Origin: Verrucomicrobiales bacterium
Lineage (GTDB): Bacteria > Verrucomicrobiota > Verrucomicrobiia > Verrucomicrobiales > V1-33
Assembly (NCBI GenBank): GCA_035550135.1
Contig: DASZQB010000084.1
Location: 5,924-69,923, forward strand
DNA: 64,000 nt
Direction of reading: 5' to 3'
The notes under the pieces are model-generated. The model saw only the letters and a program-made list of their open reading frames with translations, was not told where the DNA came from and did not search any database. A program made the position numbers and the translations under genes. The first letter of the stretch is position 1. Every line of letters begins with the position of its first letter. This document shows, piece by piece, positions 63,075 to 64,000 of the stretch.

Positions 63075-64000
63075 ATGGACGGAAACACCACCGCTCCTGA
63101 CAACACGCAGTCTATCCGCACCTTCGCAGGAGGCCGCCTGGCTTCCACTGAACAGAAGGACACCGCCGGCACCGTCATCAGCAGTTCCTCGGTGCTCTAT
63201 GATGCCCATGGGCGCGTTTACAGCACCACCGATCCCCGCAGCGGTGTCACGCTCTATACGTATTACGACGACGACGCGGTGGAAACCGTCACCACCCCCG
63301 ACCCGGACGGCGCGGGGCCGCTCTCGCCGCAGGTCACCACCACCACTTATACCAACCGCGGGCAAACAGACGTGGTCACCCTGCCGGACGGCACCACCCA
63401 GGACCGCGATTATTACCCCACCGGCGAAGTCGAGGAAGTAACCGGCACCGCCGCCCCTGCCGTGGCTTACACGTACGATTACGTTGGCCGCATCCTCACG
63501 CTCACCACTCAGCCCGGCACCGGCGCGGCGGCCGCCACCACATGGACTTACCATTCCACCAGCGGCCTCCTCGCCAGTAAAATCGACGCCGCCAACAGCG
63601 GCACCGAATCCTTCACCTGGACCGCCGGAGGCCGCGCCCTGACCAAAACCAACGCCCGCGGCACCACCGTCGGTTATTTTTACGGCAGCGGCACCTCCGG
63701 CGTCGTTGCGGGCTCGGGCGATCTCACCGATGTCACCTACACCGACAGCACCCCCGCCATCACTTATACCTTCGACCGGCTGGGCCGCATGGCCACCGCT
63801 GTCAGTGGCGGCGTCACCCGCAGCTTGAGCCTCGCGTTGCATGGGCAACGGGAATCGGAAGCATGGACTGGCGGCCCGCTTGATGGCCTCACTGTGGACC
63901 CAGGCTTCGATTCCCTCCGCCGGCGAAACTCCCTCGCCGTCACCGGTTCCGGCGGCACCGTGCCTTCGCAGTCCTACAGCTACGATACCCTCACCGGCGA
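63075..64000 (+). CDS. RHS/YD-repeat protein, 3' end outside the window; N-terminus looks truncated (no signal peptide)
   Basis: The frame is open from 63006 to the window end, with the first ATG at 63075. YD repeats are present (VLYDAHGRVYSTTDP, YTYDYVGRILT). From 63591 onward it is about 88 percent identical at DNA level to RHS2 58698-59107. It is not in the ORF track because it has no stop. Confidence 0.8.
   Translation, partial: MDGNTTAPDNTQSIRTFAGGRLASTEQKDTAGTVISSSSVLYDAHGRVYSTTDPRSGVTLYTYYDDDAVETVTTPDPDGAGPLSPQVTTTTYTNRGQTDVVTLPDGTTQDRDYYPTGEVEEVTGTAAPAVAYTYDYVGRILTLTTQPGTGAAAATTWTYHSTSGLLASKIDAANSGTESFTWTAGGRALTKTNARGTTVGYFYGSGTSGVVAGSGDLTDVTYTDSTPAITYTFDRLGRMATAVSGGVTRSLSLALHGQRESEAWTGGPLDGLTVDPGFDSLRRRNSLAVTGSGGTVPSQSYSYDTLTG
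63591..64000 (+). repeat. 410-nt direct repeat, copy 2 (RHS3), continues beyond the window
   Basis: See copy 1. The homology runs to the last base of the window. Confidence 0.85.

Overview
This is a GC-rich bacterial chromosome segment. Its gene content points to the PVC superphylum, most likely Verrucomicrobiota (inference): a PSCyt/DUF1549/DUF1553 + DUF1501 trio, an SHD1-esterase, a delta-60-repeat surface protein and AFTLVE-type pseudopilins. Layout: (i) 0-33 kb holds mostly core-like genes. These include hydrolases, an MFS transporter, OM beta-barrels, an SNF2 helicase, an RsmB/F-like methyltransferase, DprA, VapBC, a squalene-hopene-cyclase-like protein, HflX, two HtrA-like proteins, an FAD oxidoreductase + MnmM-like pair, and the DUF1501/DUF1553 genes. 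(ii) 33.0-43.9 kb is a tightly packed 11-gene type II secretion (T2SS)-like operon on the minus strand. (iii) 44-64 kb is an accessory polymorphic-toxin region. It starts with an ECF sigma/anti-sigma pair and two secreted proteins. Next comes a 2123-aa Sec-signal RHS protein with a transglutaminase-like N-domain and a PD-(D/E)xK-like C-terminal toxin, followed by an overlapping immunity gene. After a 1.2-kb ORF-poor gap there is an amidohydrolase / pentameric ligand-gated ion channel / frameshifted OMP cluster. A second RHS protein follows, whose tip looks like a DddA-type (SCP1.201-like) deaminase, with an overlapping immunity gene. The region ends with an orphan immunity-like ORF, an RHS fragment, an ISL3 transposase remnant and a third RHS gene that runs off the window. 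I found no rRNA, tRNA or CRISPR array. Most noteworthy are the DddA-like RHS toxin/immunity pair, the linkage of a T2SS operon to an ECF-headed Sec-type RHS toxin operon, and a strongly strand-polarised, over-represented CTAAC/CCTAAC word that is written with rare codons. All domain calls come from reading the translations by eye; no database search was possible.
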